Assembly (NCBI GenBank): GCA_018817025.1
Contig: JAHIUU010000006.1
Span: forward strand, 6,831 to 70,830
Length of the DNA: 64,000 bases
From: Candidatus Babelota bacterium
GTDB lineage: Bacteria > Babelota > Babeliae > Babelales > JAHIUU01
Direction of reading: 5' to 3'
How positions within the stretch are numbered: the stretch's first letter is position 1; each line of letters opens with the position of its first letter. Shown here piece after piece: positions 9,207 to 20,335 of the stretch. A program made the position numbers and the translations under genes. The notes beneath the pieces were generated by a model, which saw nothing but the letters and a program-made list of their open reading frames with translations, was not told where the DNA came from and made no database searches.

Positions 9207-10460
9207 TTAGCTCCCTTTCCTAACATACGAAACAACCTCACCCTGTTTGAGAACAACACTATCTCCCGTTATCATATTTTTTACCGACACCGTTCCATCC
9301 CGTTGCTCGGCTTCGCCAATAATCAACACATGTGATGCGCCCATCTTATTAGCCTTACGCATCATGCTTTTCATTGAACCACCTTCAAGCAAAACATCTA
9401 CACACAATCCGTTTGTTTGCATAACATCTGCCAGAAGTAACGCGAGCGGCTGCTGGTCGTCACCCATCGGAATAAGAACGTGAACTGCCGGTTCGTGTGG
9501 AACAGGTAATCTATCTTGTACAGAAGACACCAACATAAGCAGTCGACCAACACCCATCGCTGCTCCTATCGACGGATGTTCTTTTTTTGCTCCAAGCTGT
9601 TCACTCAAGTCATATCGACCGCCGCCACAAAATGCATCCTGCGCCCCAAGATCACGCGAGCTAAACTCAAATACCGTCTTATTATAATAATCGAGACCTC
9701 TGACAAGCGACGGATCAAGCACAACACTAACTGAAAGCACTTGAAGTAACGCTTGCAACTGAGCCCACTCTACGCCGCAGTCAACACAAAGATAATCGGT
9801 CAGCTTTGGTGCATCGCGATACACTTCCTGACAAGATTCGTTTTTGCAATCAAAGACACGAAGAATATTTTTCTCTTTTCTGACTCGACAGGTATCACAT
9901 ATCGTATCAGCAACCGTATCTAAATAAGCTTTTAACGATTTTTTGTGATTGTTTCGATCGTCGGGACACCCTAAAAAATTTAGCTTTATAACGTAATTCT
10001 CCAAAAACAGTTTGTCCTTGAAAAACGCATCCAGCATCTTGATAAAGTAAGCATCCTGCTGGATCGAATCATCATTAATCACCTCAATATTGATCTGTTC
10101 AAACTGACGCCACCGCCCCTTTTGCGGTCTTTCGTGCCGAAACATTGGCCCGTAGCACCAGACCTTCCAAGGCTTCTTTTCGATGTGATTCTCTAAAAAA
10201 GCACGCATCGTTCCCGCGGTTGCCTCCGGACGGAGACAAATGCTTTCACCGCTAGATGTTTCAAAAACATACATCTCCTTGGTCACCACATCAGTCTCCT
10301 GACCGAGCGAGCGAACAAAAAGATTGGTCTGTTCTAAAATTGGTGTTTGAATCTGAGAAAAATTATAGCGTTGAAGATGTTTTCCAGCCTGCTCTACAAG
10401 AAAATTATAGAGACGTAGGTCAAGCCAGTCCTGCGTCCCCCGAACTCGAGAAAATAACAT
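9207..10460 (-). CDS. hisS: Histidine--tRNA ligase
   Basis: VRGTQDWL, MFRHERPQKGRWRQFEQ and GGGRYD motifs of HisRS are present, with a C-terminal anticodon-binding domain. Confidence 0.9.
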   Translation of the reverse strand: MLFSRVRGTQDWLDLRLYNFLVEQAGKHLQRYNFSQIQTPILEQTNLFVRSLGQETDVVTKEMYVFETSSGESICLRPEATAGTMRAFLENHIEKKPWKVWCYGPMFRHERPQKGRWRQFEQINIEVINDDSIQQDAYFIKMLDAFFKDKLFLENYVIKLNFLGCPDDRNNHKKSLKAYLDTVADTICDTCRVRKEKNILRVFDCKNESCQEVYRDAPKLTDYLCVDCGVEWAQLQALLQVLSVSVVLDPSLVRGLDYYNKTVFEFSSRDLGAQDAFCGGGRYDLSEQLGAKKEHPSIGAAMGVGRLLMLVSSVQDRLPVPHEPAVHVLIPMGDDQQPLALLLADVMQTNGLCVDVLLEGGSMKSMMRKANKMGASHVLIIGEAEQRDGTVSVKNMITGDSVVLKQGEVVSYVRKGS

Positions 10461-10476
10461 AATTTATGTACCCCTT

Positions 10477-11283
10477 TTAAAATGCAACTCCCTTCTTGTG
10501 CATTTTGACAGCCATTCTGACAAAATTGAGAACCTTCTTTGAACGTTTCATGAGATACGAAGCATTACCCATGATAAACGCATCGTATTCTTTATCAAGG
10601 TATGGACGCAGTTGCTCAGGTGTTTTCGATCGATTAATTCTTGGATAGTCATACAAGAAACTTTTAAGAAAAAAGCTATATATAATACATTCTATTGTCC
10701 ACTTAGTAAGCTTATACCCAGCGACAGCCCATATTGCCAATAATGTCTTCTGCACAAACGGAGAATTCGCGGCTCGTTCCGAAATCGTTTTTACAGCATC
10801 CTTAACACAACCCCTTGGCGATAATCCTTCTGATGAAGCATTATCTTGTATAAGAAGTGAAAGGGCTCCCGCCGCACCAAGCCCCTTAAGTGGCGTCATA
10901 AATGCCGAAAGATAGCCCGGTCCAAGCAGCAACTCGTCCTCAATAAATTGCCACATCATTTTTTGAGACATTGACGGAGAAGGATCGATCATCTCCTCTG
11001 GCTTAGCCGGCTCTTCAGCAACTTCCTCAGCAACCTCTTCAGCTGCTGCCTCTGGCTCTGTCGTTTCTGGTTTTACCTCAGGTTCTACTTCTTCAACGGT
11101 GTTCTCAGGCTCTTCTTCTAAATCATAATCAAACTCATCATAATCAAAATCCTCATCGAAATCAGAATCTTCAAACACTTCTTCAACAACCTCTTGATCC
11201 ACTGAATACCCTTCTCCCATCACAACCGGAAAACGGACCCCAAATAACAAAATGCTCAGCAAAAACAGTACCATTTTTTTCAT
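10477..11283 (-). CDS. Hypothetical secreted protein with a strongly acidic repeat region
   Basis: Signal peptide MKKMVLFLLSILLFG is followed by a D/E-rich stretch (FEDSDFDEDFDYDEFDYDLEEEPE...AAEEVAEEVAEEPAKPEE). The track start at 11328 is TTG, and the ATG at 11283 is preferred. Confidence 0.4.
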   Translation of the reverse strand: MKKMVLFLLSILLFGVRFPVVMGEGYSVDQEVVEEVFEDSDFDEDFDYDEFDYDLEEEPENTVEEVEPEVKPETTEPEAAAEEVAEEVAEEPAKPEEMIDPSPSMSQKMMWQFIEDELLLGPGYLSAFMTPLKGLGAAGALSLLIQDNASSEGLSPRGCVKDAVKTISERAANSPFVQKTLLAIWAVAGYKLTKWTIECIIYSFFLKSFLYDYPRINRSKTPEQLRPYLDKEYDAFIMGNASYLMKRSKKVLNFVRMAVKMHKKGVAF

Positions 11284-11387
11284 TTCAGCTACCCTTTGTA
11301 TCGAAATCCTAGTACGATAAAACAACAAAATATCATGAACAGGTAAAGCCTAGCAGAATTATACGTATACTCAAAGGGAGTGTTGCT

Positions 11388-12425
11388 ATGAGAAAAACCA
11401 TATTAATCCCAGGGGGAGCGGGCTATGTCGGCTCTCATACCGCCTATCTTTTGGCAAAAAAAGGCCATGCGGTCATAATCGTCGACAAACGCATTCACAA
11501 TCAGAAATTTTCACCGTCGTGGGCAACGATAATTCAAGAAGACTTTTCAAACAAAACCATTCTCGATCAAATATTTACAACACATAAAATAGACGCTGTC
11601 ATGCACTTTGCGGCCTTTATCGAGGTTGGCGAATCGGTCAAGCATCCAAAAAGATTTTACCATAACAACGTCGTTAAAACGCTCACACTACTCGACCGCA
11701 TGCTAGCGCATGATGTAAAAAATTTCATCTTCTCATCCAGCTGCGCCGTCTACGGTGAACCGGTTACGGTCCCCATGGACGAGTCGAATCCATTCAGGCC
11801 TCTCAGTCCGTACGGAAAAAACAAGCTAATCGTCGAGTTTGCGCTTCAGGACTATGCAACAGCGTACAACCTTGATTCTGTTTCACTGCGCTACTTCAAC
11901 GCTGCCGGAGCTCTTCCCGAAGCCGGCCTTGGCGAGCAACACGATCCAGAAACCCACATCATCCCCCTCATGATTCGCGCAATAAAAAACCAAACGCCAT
12001 TCAAAATTTTTGGAACCGATTATGACACACCAGACGGATCGTGCATTCGAGACTATATTCACGTGCTTGACATCGCACAGGCTCACGTACTCGCGCTAGA
12101 ACACCTTGATCACAAGCACTCAGAATCAAGTAAAGCTAGCGCGTTTAATCTTGGGTCAGGCAATGGTTTCTCGGTTAAAGAAATGATCGGTGCAATGGAA
12201 AAAATTTGCGACAAAAAAATGGTGATCAAACATGAAAACCGCCGACCAGGCGACCCTGCAATTCTGCTCGCCAACCCTGCAAAAGCAAGCTCTGTTCTTG
12301 GCTGGAAGCCAACCCACTCAGATTTAGAAACTATTTTGAGAAGTGCACTCACTTTCGCCGAAACGTTTTCTCCAGATCCAGTTTACTCATACTCCACGTC
12401 GTCGGCCGACCGTGCACACAGATAA
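11388..12425 (+). CDS. galE: UDP-glucose 4-epimerase
   Basis: Rossmann motif GGAGYVGSH and catalytic SPYGKNK (YxxxK) are present, with GalE-like length. The 3' end overlaps the mutL 3' end by 77 nt. Confidence 0.85.
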   Translation: MRKTILIPGGAGYVGSHTAYLLAKKGHAVIIVDKRIHNQKFSPSWATIIQEDFSNKTILDQIFTTHKIDAVMHFAAFIEVGESVKHPKRFYHNNVVKTLTLLDRMLAHDVKNFIFSSSCAVYGEPVTVPMDESNPFRPLSPYGKNKLIVEFALQDYATAYNLDSVSLRYFNAAGALPEAGLGEQHDPETHIIPLMIRAIKNQTPFKIFGTDYDTPDGSCIRDYIHVLDIAQAHVLALEHLDHKHSESSKASAFNLGSGNGFSVKEMIGAMEKICDKKMVIKHENRRPGDPAILLANPAKASSVLGWKPTHSDLETILRSALTFAETFSPDPVYSYSTSSADRAHR

Positions 12426-14136
12426 ATCGATTATCAACCTCTTGTAGTTGAGACACAATGCTGTGCATCATCGTTTGCGAAAGAACATCACCCGCTTTGA
12501 CCGCCATTTTACACGCCATTTGCGCATGAACATGTTCGTTTAGCTTTTTGCGAAACGTCTCATGATCAAGATGCTCATTTTGCTCAACAAACTCGATCAT
12601 CTCAAAAACTAACGCTCGTAAAGAGTTCGATTGCAACTTTGGCGGCGATGTTTTAATCACAAGCTCCTCGGTTCCAATCTGTTCAACCTCAATTCCCTGT
12701 TGCTTCAGAAAATCCTGCTGCTCTAAAATCAACTTGCGATGAGATTCGTTCAGTCGAATAACTTCTGGAAACAGTAATCTCGTGCCATCTTTGTGCTCAA
12801 AGTTTTTTAAATATTTTTCGTACAAGATCCGTTCATGCGCCGCATGCTGATCGATAAGCAGCAAACCCTCTTTGTTCTCAACGACAATGTACATGTTTAA
12901 CAACTGCCCAATAATTTTACCCGTCTGAACATATGGTTTTGGTGCAACGGTCTCCTGTACAACAACTTGCTTAAAAACTGGTGCAACATAAGGCTCAGCA
13001 GCCTTACTTGGTAAAGAAATGGCTCGTGTGAGTGTCGTTGGCATGGGCATTATTGGTTCAGGTGTCATTGGTGAAGAAGTGGTTAAAGAAAATCTGTTTT
13101 CTTCCAAAACAGGCCCCAACTGTTGAGAAACTAACCCCTCAAGCGTCTTTGTAACATTTTGCTGAACTAAGTTAGCAACCGTCACAGGATTCGCAAATCG
13201 AACCTCTTCTTTTCTTGGATGCACATTAATGTCGACAAGCGACCGGTCAATCGTAATGAATAAAAACGCCGCCGGAAACCGTGCCGGTGGCAAAGCACTT
13301 CGATACCCCTTCATAAGCGCCTTACCCAACTCGCTATTTTTTACCCAGCGACCATTAACAAAAAAGAAAATTTGCTGCCGGCCATAGCGCCAGAAGTTAT
13401 GCCTTGAAATCAAACCAGAAATAGACGCTCCTGTTTTATTGTTCTCTTGTGCTATCTCAGTTACGTTTTGGCCAAAATTATGCCCCCAGATTTGCATCAC
13501 CCTATCTTTCATCCCGCTAACTGGCGGAGCGTTCAACATCAAACGCCCGTCACGATATAACTGAAAGTGAATATCCCGATGACTTAAGCAAAAAGCATGA
13601 CAAAAATTTTGTATCTGATTCCATTCCGTCTCGTCTTGCTTTAAAAACTTTTGACGAACCGGCGTATTATAAAAAATATCCCTGATTTGCAAATCAGTGC
13701 CAAGGGGGCAAGCAACTATTTCTTCTCGAACAACCCTACCATCAACATACTCGATTCGAACCCCTGTCTCCTCTTCGTAATTTTTGGCATTATGTCTGGT
13801 CTCAAGTACCACTTTGCTCACTGACGAAATACTTGCAAGAGCTTCTCCGCGAAACCCAAATGTGTCTAGTTTTTTTAGGTCGTCAAGAGATCTTACTTTG
13901 CTTGTTGCATGATTTTCAAAACAAGCTTTCGCGTCTTCTGGCACCATTCCAAAGCCATTATCAACCACACGGATCAACTGTCTCCCCGACTTTTCTAGGT
14001 AAAGAAAAATTCTTGTAGCCCCGGCATCAACCGAATTTTCAACAAGCTCTTTCACCACACTTGCCGGCCGTTCAACAACCTCACCCGCAGCTATTTTTTT
14101 CGCTTCTACATCAGATAATATTTGTATGACACTCAT
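12349..14136 (-). CDS. mutL: DNA mismatch repair protein MutL
   Basis: The N-terminal GHKL ATPase motif is IAAGEVVERPASVVKELVENSVDAG...DNGFGM. The C-terminal dimerisation region is present. The ATG overlaps the stop of the upstream gene (ATGA). Confidence 0.9.
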   Translation of the reverse strand: MSVIQILSDVEAKKIAAGEVVERPASVVKELVENSVDAGATRIFLYLEKSGRQLIRVVDNGFGMVPEDAKACFENHATSKVRSLDDLKKLDTFGFRGEALASISSVSKVVLETRHNAKNYEEETGVRIEYVDGRVVREEIVACPLGTDLQIRDIFYNTPVRQKFLKQDETEWNQIQNFCHAFCLSHRDIHFQLYRDGRLMLNAPPVSGMKDRVMQIWGHNFGQNVTEIAQENNKTGASISGLISRHNFWRYGRQQIFFFVNGRWVKNSELGKALMKGYRSALPPARFPAAFLFITIDRSLVDINVHPRKEEVRFANPVTVANLVQQNVTKTLEGLVSQQLGPVLEENRFSLTTSSPMTPEPIMPMPTTLTRAISLPSKAAEPYVAPVFKQVVVQETVAPKPYVQTGKIIGQLLNMYIVVENKEGLLLIDQHAAHERILYEKYLKNFEHKDGTRLLFPEVIRLNESHRKLILEQQDFLKQQGIEVEQIGTEELVIKTSPPKLQSNSLRALVFEMIEFVEQNEHLDHETFRKKLNEHVHAQMACKMAVKAGDVLSQTMMHSIVSQLQEVDNRFICVHGRPTTWSMSKLDLEKTFRRK

Positions 14137-14672
14137 GCTTTCTTCTTTTTCTTATTTTTTCGCAAGACACGCAACGTTCCTCCAAACTCGATCGTTGTAC
14201 TCACCGGATGAATTTCACTACCAACTAATTCGATCTCTTCAGAATCCCACTTTAGTCGCGCATGTTCACATTTGGTCTTCAGCGGCACATCATTCTCTTG
14301 CTCTTTCATTTGCTCAACCAACACATGCCCTCGCAACTCGCATCGCTTCTCTTCAACGAATAACTTAACAACATCAGCTCGAACTTTTTGGTTGTTGCGG
14401 TTCATACAAACATTACTCTTAAAAACAATTTTCTTTGCTTCATTCTTTTTAACAAAAATTTCAAGTGAATCTGCTGAAACAGTACTCGAATCAGCAAATG
14501 TTACATGTACATCATCTCTGTACTGCAAACAAATCATCGATGTATCAAGCCTATCTTTTTGAATTGTCGCGCTTTGACTTTTAACAATCACTTTTGAAAG
14601 AGGATCAACAGAAATCGAAGCCATAAGGGGACAAATAAAAAACAGTAAAAAAATATTAAAGATTTTTTTCAA
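14133..14672 (-). CDS. Periplasmic LptA/OstA-like protein (tentative)
   Basis: It has a signal peptide, and the pattern of repeated beta strands (...ADSLEIFVKKN...RADVVKLFVEEKRCELRGHVLVEQ...) resembles OstA_N/LptA-LptC folds. A Lys-rich tail is present. The start is TTG, and the gene lies between secA and mutL. Confidence 0.35.
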   Translation of the reverse strand: MKKIFNIFLLFFICPLMASISVDPLSKVIVKSQSATIQKDRLDTSMICLQYRDDVHVTFADSSTVSADSLEIFVKKNEAKKIVFKSNVCMNRNNQKVRADVVKLFVEEKRCELRGHVLVEQMKEQENDVPLKTKCEHARLKWDSEEIELVGSEIHPVSTTIEFGGTLRVLRKNKKKKKA

Positions 14673-14698
14673 GAAGATCCTACTTTTAGCTTAGGCCA

Positions 14699-17242
14699 TT
14701 ACCTTCCACAGCATTTCTTGTATTTCTTCCCAGAGCCACATGAACACGGGTCGTTCCGTCCGATCTTTTCTTCGATTCGTTTAACGGTCCTAGAATCTCC
14801 GCCACTCTCATCACCGCCAATCTTGAGAGAATCTAGCTCCTTTTCGTGTTCACTTTCAATCTGATGGAGATGCGACACGGTCAGATCGTCAGGCTTCATG
14901 CGGAAAACCCCTTGGACAACGTCCCACTTAATCTGAGACATCATACTCTCAAAAGTCGAGAACGATTCTTTTTTATATTCGACAAGTGGATTTTTTTGGC
15001 CGTATCCTCGTAACCCAATCCCCTCTTTAATCTGATCAATATTTTGTAAATGAATTCTCCATGCCCGATCAATCGTCTCGAGCAATACCCACTTTTCGGC
15101 TTCTCTAACAATTTCTTGTGTATTACTACGATACTGATCGTAGTAATACACAAGGTAGTCATATATCGCTTTTTCAAGATTAGTTGACGACGATTGGTCA
15201 AAATTCGCTTCTATGAAAGCCTCCTGCTTAACTCCCGTCATCTTCTCGAGAATCTTATACAACTCCACAACATATTCAGGGGCACACTTTGCTTTTGGAC
15301 AATAGATTGAGAACAATCGAGAAAGCCCGTCTGAAAGCATCTCTTTGATCACCTCTTGAATCTGTTCTTCACCATTGAGAACGTCGTGTCTATAGCGATA
15401 TACAACGGTTCGCTGCTGGTTAAGCACATCGTCATACTCAAGCAGATGCTTTCGAATATCAAAGTTATGTCGTTCAACTTTTTCCTGCGCACCCTCAATT
15501 CGTCTCGATACCATCTTGTGCTCAATGCTCTCACCAGGCTTCATTCCAATTCGTGTCATCGTCTTCTTGAGCCGCTCACCACCAAAGATTCTCATGAGAT
15601 CATCATCTAGCGAAAGAAAAAACTTTGATGCACCAGGATCACCCTGCCTACCTGCTCGACCCCGCAGCTGGTTATCAATACGACGACTTTCATGCCGTTC
15701 TGTACCAATAATCTTAAGCCCACCAAGCTCACGAACTCCTTTACCCAACTTAATATCGGTACCACGACCGGCCATATTGGTTGCGATCGTAATCTTACCT
15801 TTTTCACCAGCCTCTTTGACAATATCAGCCTCACGATCGTGCTGCTTAGCATTCAAAACATTATGAGGAATCCCGGCCTGATTAAGCAAATAACTAACGT
15901 ACTCAGAAGTCTCAACCGCAATAGTCCCAACAAGCACCGGCTGACCTCGGTCGTAGCAATCTTTGATATCTTCAACGACGGCCTTAAACTTATCATCCCG
16001 ACTTAAAAATATGGCATCCGACTGATCGTCTCTAATGATAGGCTTGTGCGTTGGAATAACGACCACATCTAATCCATAAATCTTATGGAATTCGAATGCC
16101 TCAGTTTCAGCCGTACCGGTCATACCAGATAGTTTTTTGTATAAACGAAAGTAGTTTTGGAGTGTGATTGTTGCAAGTGTCTGGTTCTCACGCTCGATAC
16201 GAGCACCCTCTTTTGCTTCAAGCGCCTGGTGCAGCCCGTCACTGTACCGACGACCTGGCAAAATTCGTCCGGTAAACTCATCAACGATAAGAACCTCGCC
16301 CTCACTAACAACATAATCAACATCACGTTTGAACAACGTTTGCGCTTTAAGAGCCTGAGTCACGTGATGAAGTGCTAGAATATTTTCAGGAGCATATAGA
16401 TTGCCAACTCCCATATTGTGCTCAACTCTGTCGTGTCCCATTTCCGTCAGCTGAACCGATCGAGACTTTTCATCAATCTCATAATCTTCATCCTTTTTCA
16501 ATGGTAGAACCGCACGATTCGCTGTGAAATACAGATCACTTCCCTTCTCGCTCGGACCAGAAATAATAAGCGGCGTTCTTGCTTCGTCAATCAAAATCGA
16601 GTCAACCTCGTCAACAATAGCAAAGCTCAACTCGCCTTGAGCATAATCTTCTCGATTAAACTTCATGTTATCGCGTAGATAATCAAATCCAAATTCGTTG
16701 TTAGTTCCATAGGTAACATCAGCTCGATACGCCTTCTTTCGCTCAGCGTCGCTCATCTGATTCTGAATAACCCCTATCTCTAGGCCCAGGTGATTGTAAA
16801 CCGGACTCATCCACTCCGCATCTCGCTTCGCCAGATAATCGTTAACAGTCACAAGATGCGACCCCTTGCCAGTCAAACCGTTCAGGTACATTGGCAACGT
16901 TGAAGTTAGCGTTTTCCCCTCACCGGTTCTCATCTCGGCAATACGCCCTTGGTGCAACACAATGCCACCAATAAGCTGTACATCATAGTGACGTTCGCCA
17001 AGTTTCCGACGCGCGGTCTCACGAACAACAGCAAACGCCTCGGGTAAAATGCTATCGAGCGACTCTCCTCGAGAAAGTCGCTCTCTAAAATGATTTGTTT
17101 TTGCAGTAAGATCGAGCTCACCTAGCGCAAGCATCTCTTCTTCAAGTTGATTAATCTTATGAACAATGGGACGCATTTTCTTGAGCTCTCGCTCATTTTT
17201 CGTCCCAAAAATTTTTGAGAGCACTTTTGTAACAAGCACCAT
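14699..17242 (-). CDS. secA: Preprotein translocase ATPase SecA
   Basis: 847 aa with DEAD-like motifs (MRTGEGKTL, VDEVDSILIDEARTPLIISG, TNMAGRGTDI). The C-terminal zinc-binding tail is CSCGSGKKYKKCCG. Confidence 0.95.
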   Translation of the reverse strand: MVLVTKVLSKIFGTKNERELKKMRPIVHKINQLEEEMLALGELDLTAKTNHFRERLSRGESLDSILPEAFAVVRETARRKLGERHYDVQLIGGIVLHQGRIAEMRTGEGKTLTSTLPMYLNGLTGKGSHLVTVNDYLAKRDAEWMSPVYNHLGLEIGVIQNQMSDAERKKAYRADVTYGTNNEFGFDYLRDNMKFNREDYAQGELSFAIVDEVDSILIDEARTPLIISGPSEKGSDLYFTANRAVLPLKKDEDYEIDEKSRSVQLTEMGHDRVEHNMGVGNLYAPENILALHHVTQALKAQTLFKRDVDYVVSEGEVLIVDEFTGRILPGRRYSDGLHQALEAKEGARIERENQTLATITLQNYFRLYKKLSGMTGTAETEAFEFHKIYGLDVVVIPTHKPIIRDDQSDAIFLSRDDKFKAVVEDIKDCYDRGQPVLVGTIAVETSEYVSYLLNQAGIPHNVLNAKQHDREADIVKEAGEKGKITIATNMAGRGTDIKLGKGVRELGGLKIIGTERHESRRIDNQLRGRAGRQGDPGASKFFLSLDDDLMRIFGGERLKKTMTRIGMKPGESIEHKMVSRRIEGAQEKVERHNFDIRKHLLEYDDVLNQQRTVVYRYRHDVLNGEEQIQEVIKEMLSDGLSRLFSIYCPKAKCAPEYVVELYKILEKMTGVKQEAFIEANFDQSSSTNLEKAIYDYLVYYYDQYRSNTQEIVREAEKWVLLETIDRAWRIHLQNIDQIKEGIGLRGYGQKNPLVEYKKESFSTFESMMSQIKWDVVQGVFRMKPDDLTVSHLHQIESEHEKELDSLKIGGDESGGDSRTVKRIEEKIGRNDPCSCGSGKKYKKCCGR

Positions 17243-17327
17243 AATTCTTCCCGTTTTTTTATACCAATTTTTTAGTTGAATTAATTATACCAAACTTTTG
17301 TCTTTTTCGGTATTAACAGGTCAATTT

Positions 17328-18491
17328 TTACAGTACAGCCAACCCCTCACCTCGTAACGTGTCAATGTCAACTGTTCTATTTGCCTGAAGCCCTGCTCTA
17401 CGCAAATCAAACACCCCCTTATTACCATCAACGTTCAAAAAATACAAGCCTGTTTTTTTATCGTCCGGTACCTCGAGAGCGTCAACCATCGCTATAACAG
17501 CAGGTGAAAATATTGAAAGTGGCAACGGATGAATTGACAAATCTTTTCTATAAAAAAAATAGGGTGGGCGCTTTCTACCCCAAAGCCATAGCTCATAATG
17601 AAACGGCTTATGATCACCAATCACAACCTCAATCTGGTTTACATTTTTTGGCACACAAATTGGCTTTTTCTTATTCGATCCAAACGTTTGCCGTGAAAAC
17701 CAATCCTTTGTCGAAACAAAATCGATTCGCTGTATATGATCGCCTCTTGAAAAGATATGGTAAATTTTTTTAAACACCCGACCATTCACAAACGTTTCTG
17801 TCTCCGTCTGAACCGGCCCACCAAAAAAGACCGCCTTATCAACAACTAAATCTTTCTTCTGCACCAACGCTTCTTTCTCCAAGTTGAGAATAACATTGGC
17901 ACCATGACTGTGACCCAACAACCAGATCTTTATCGGCTTTCCAGTAAGCTTATGTAATCGTTTTGCCTCATCATAAACCGCACCATACAGCTTCCCAGCA
18001 GCCTTCCCCCGCAACCGCTTACTCAATCGTCCGCTCCAGTTAAACGTGTAGAACATAAGATCGTCTTTGCTATCTAGATACGATGCATCAAATACCTTTT
18101 TATATAACTTGACCGTTTGCTGGCCAATGTACGCAAGATCGCTTTTTTTGAGCTCTTTAGATTGATCAATAGGATGAAGCCCCAACTCATCGATCGGTTG
18201 CAACCGGTGAAAACCATTCTGCTTAACCTGTTCAATATACCGCTGAAACGGGCTAAGTTTTCTCTTTTTTCTTTTAAAAAAAGAGAAAACCCAATTACCA
18301 ATAGCCTTAAACGAAAAATGCGGCCCGACGGTTCCATGGACAAACACCGTCATGATACAGTAATTTTTATTCACATCGCCTGATTCTTGCTGAACACGCA
18401 CTTCTTGTTTCAGCTTTGCGTTACAGCAAGCTATGAAAAAAACAACGACCATCGAAAAAAAAAGAATTGATATTTTTTTTGAATTTTTCAC
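17328..18491 (-). CDS. Secreted alpha/beta-hydrolase (lipase/esterase-like), paralog of 23786..25318
   Basis: It has an N-terminal signal/anchor and the oxyanion-like stretch VFVHGTVGP. The nucleophile elbow is LLGHSHGANV (GxSxG). It aligns block by block with the 512-aa ORF at 23786 (TFNWSGRLS / TFGWSGLLS; YHIFSRGDHIQRID / YHFYSDDDLVQRID). The start is GTG. Confidence 0.5.
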   Translation of the reverse strand: MKNSKKISILFFSMVVVFFIACCNAKLKQEVRVQQESGDVNKNYCIMTVFVHGTVGPHFSFKAIGNWVFSFFKRKKRKLSPFQRYIEQVKQNGFHRLQPIDELGLHPIDQSKELKKSDLAYIGQQTVKLYKKVFDASYLDSKDDLMFYTFNWSGRLSKRLRGKAAGKLYGAVYDEAKRLHKLTGKPIKIWLLGHSHGANVILNLEKEALVQKKDLVVDKAVFFGGPVQTETETFVNGRVFKKIYHIFSRGDHIQRIDFVSTKDWFSRQTFGSNKKKPICVPKNVNQIEVVIGDHKPFHYELWLWGRKRPPYFFYRKDLSIHPLPLSIFSPAVIAMVDALEVPDDKKTGLYFLNVDGNKGVFDLRRAGLQANRTVDIDTLRGEGLAVL

Positions 18492-18619
18492 AGAGAATCC
18501 CTACCCTAACGTAATACTGGGTTTTTTCCTTAAACAGTACCCCTTTCTACAAAGTTCGTGCTATTATAACATCTTTATAAAAGAGTAATCAAACCATGCA
18601 TAGGCGCATGTCTATTTGA

Positions 18620-20077
<1,458 letters not shown>

Positions 20078-20080
20078 ACG

Positions 20081-20335
20081 ATGGAACACACAAACGCTTT
20101 TGAATTGGAAATCATAAAACAAACTGAATCGAAAAAAGTTTCTATCCTGTGGGTCGAGATACAAAGCCCAACCGGAAACTTTGTCGTTGGCCCCGAACAC
20201 CACCCGCTTGTCTCGCTTCTCAAGCACCGCGGTAAACTAACCTACAAAGAATACAATGGCAATGAGACTTCTCTCGATACATATGGGGGCATTTTCAAGG
20301 TTGCCAACAACAAAGCAACGGCACTCCTTGATTAG
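20081..20335 (+). CDS. atpC: F-type ATP synthase subunit epsilon, N-terminal beta-sandwich only (84 aa)
   Basis: The gene starts 3 nt after atpD. The sequence (LEIIKQTESKKVSILWVEIQSPTGNFVVGPEHHPLVSLL...) fits the epsilon N-domain. There is no room for the C-terminal helical hairpin. Confidence 0.7.
   Translation: MEHTNAFELEIIKQTESKKVSILWVEIQSPTGNFVVGPEHHPLVSLLKHRGKLTYKEYNGNETSLDTYGGIFKVANNKATALLD

Noticed and set aside
14941-17121. Several 60-116-aa ORFs on both strands inside secA (similar nested ORFs occur inside bamA, typA, topA, aspS, mutL and hisS)
   Set aside because: They are fully contained in long, strongly conserved housekeeping genes. They have no RBS and low-complexity or biased composition, so they are typical shadow ORFs.
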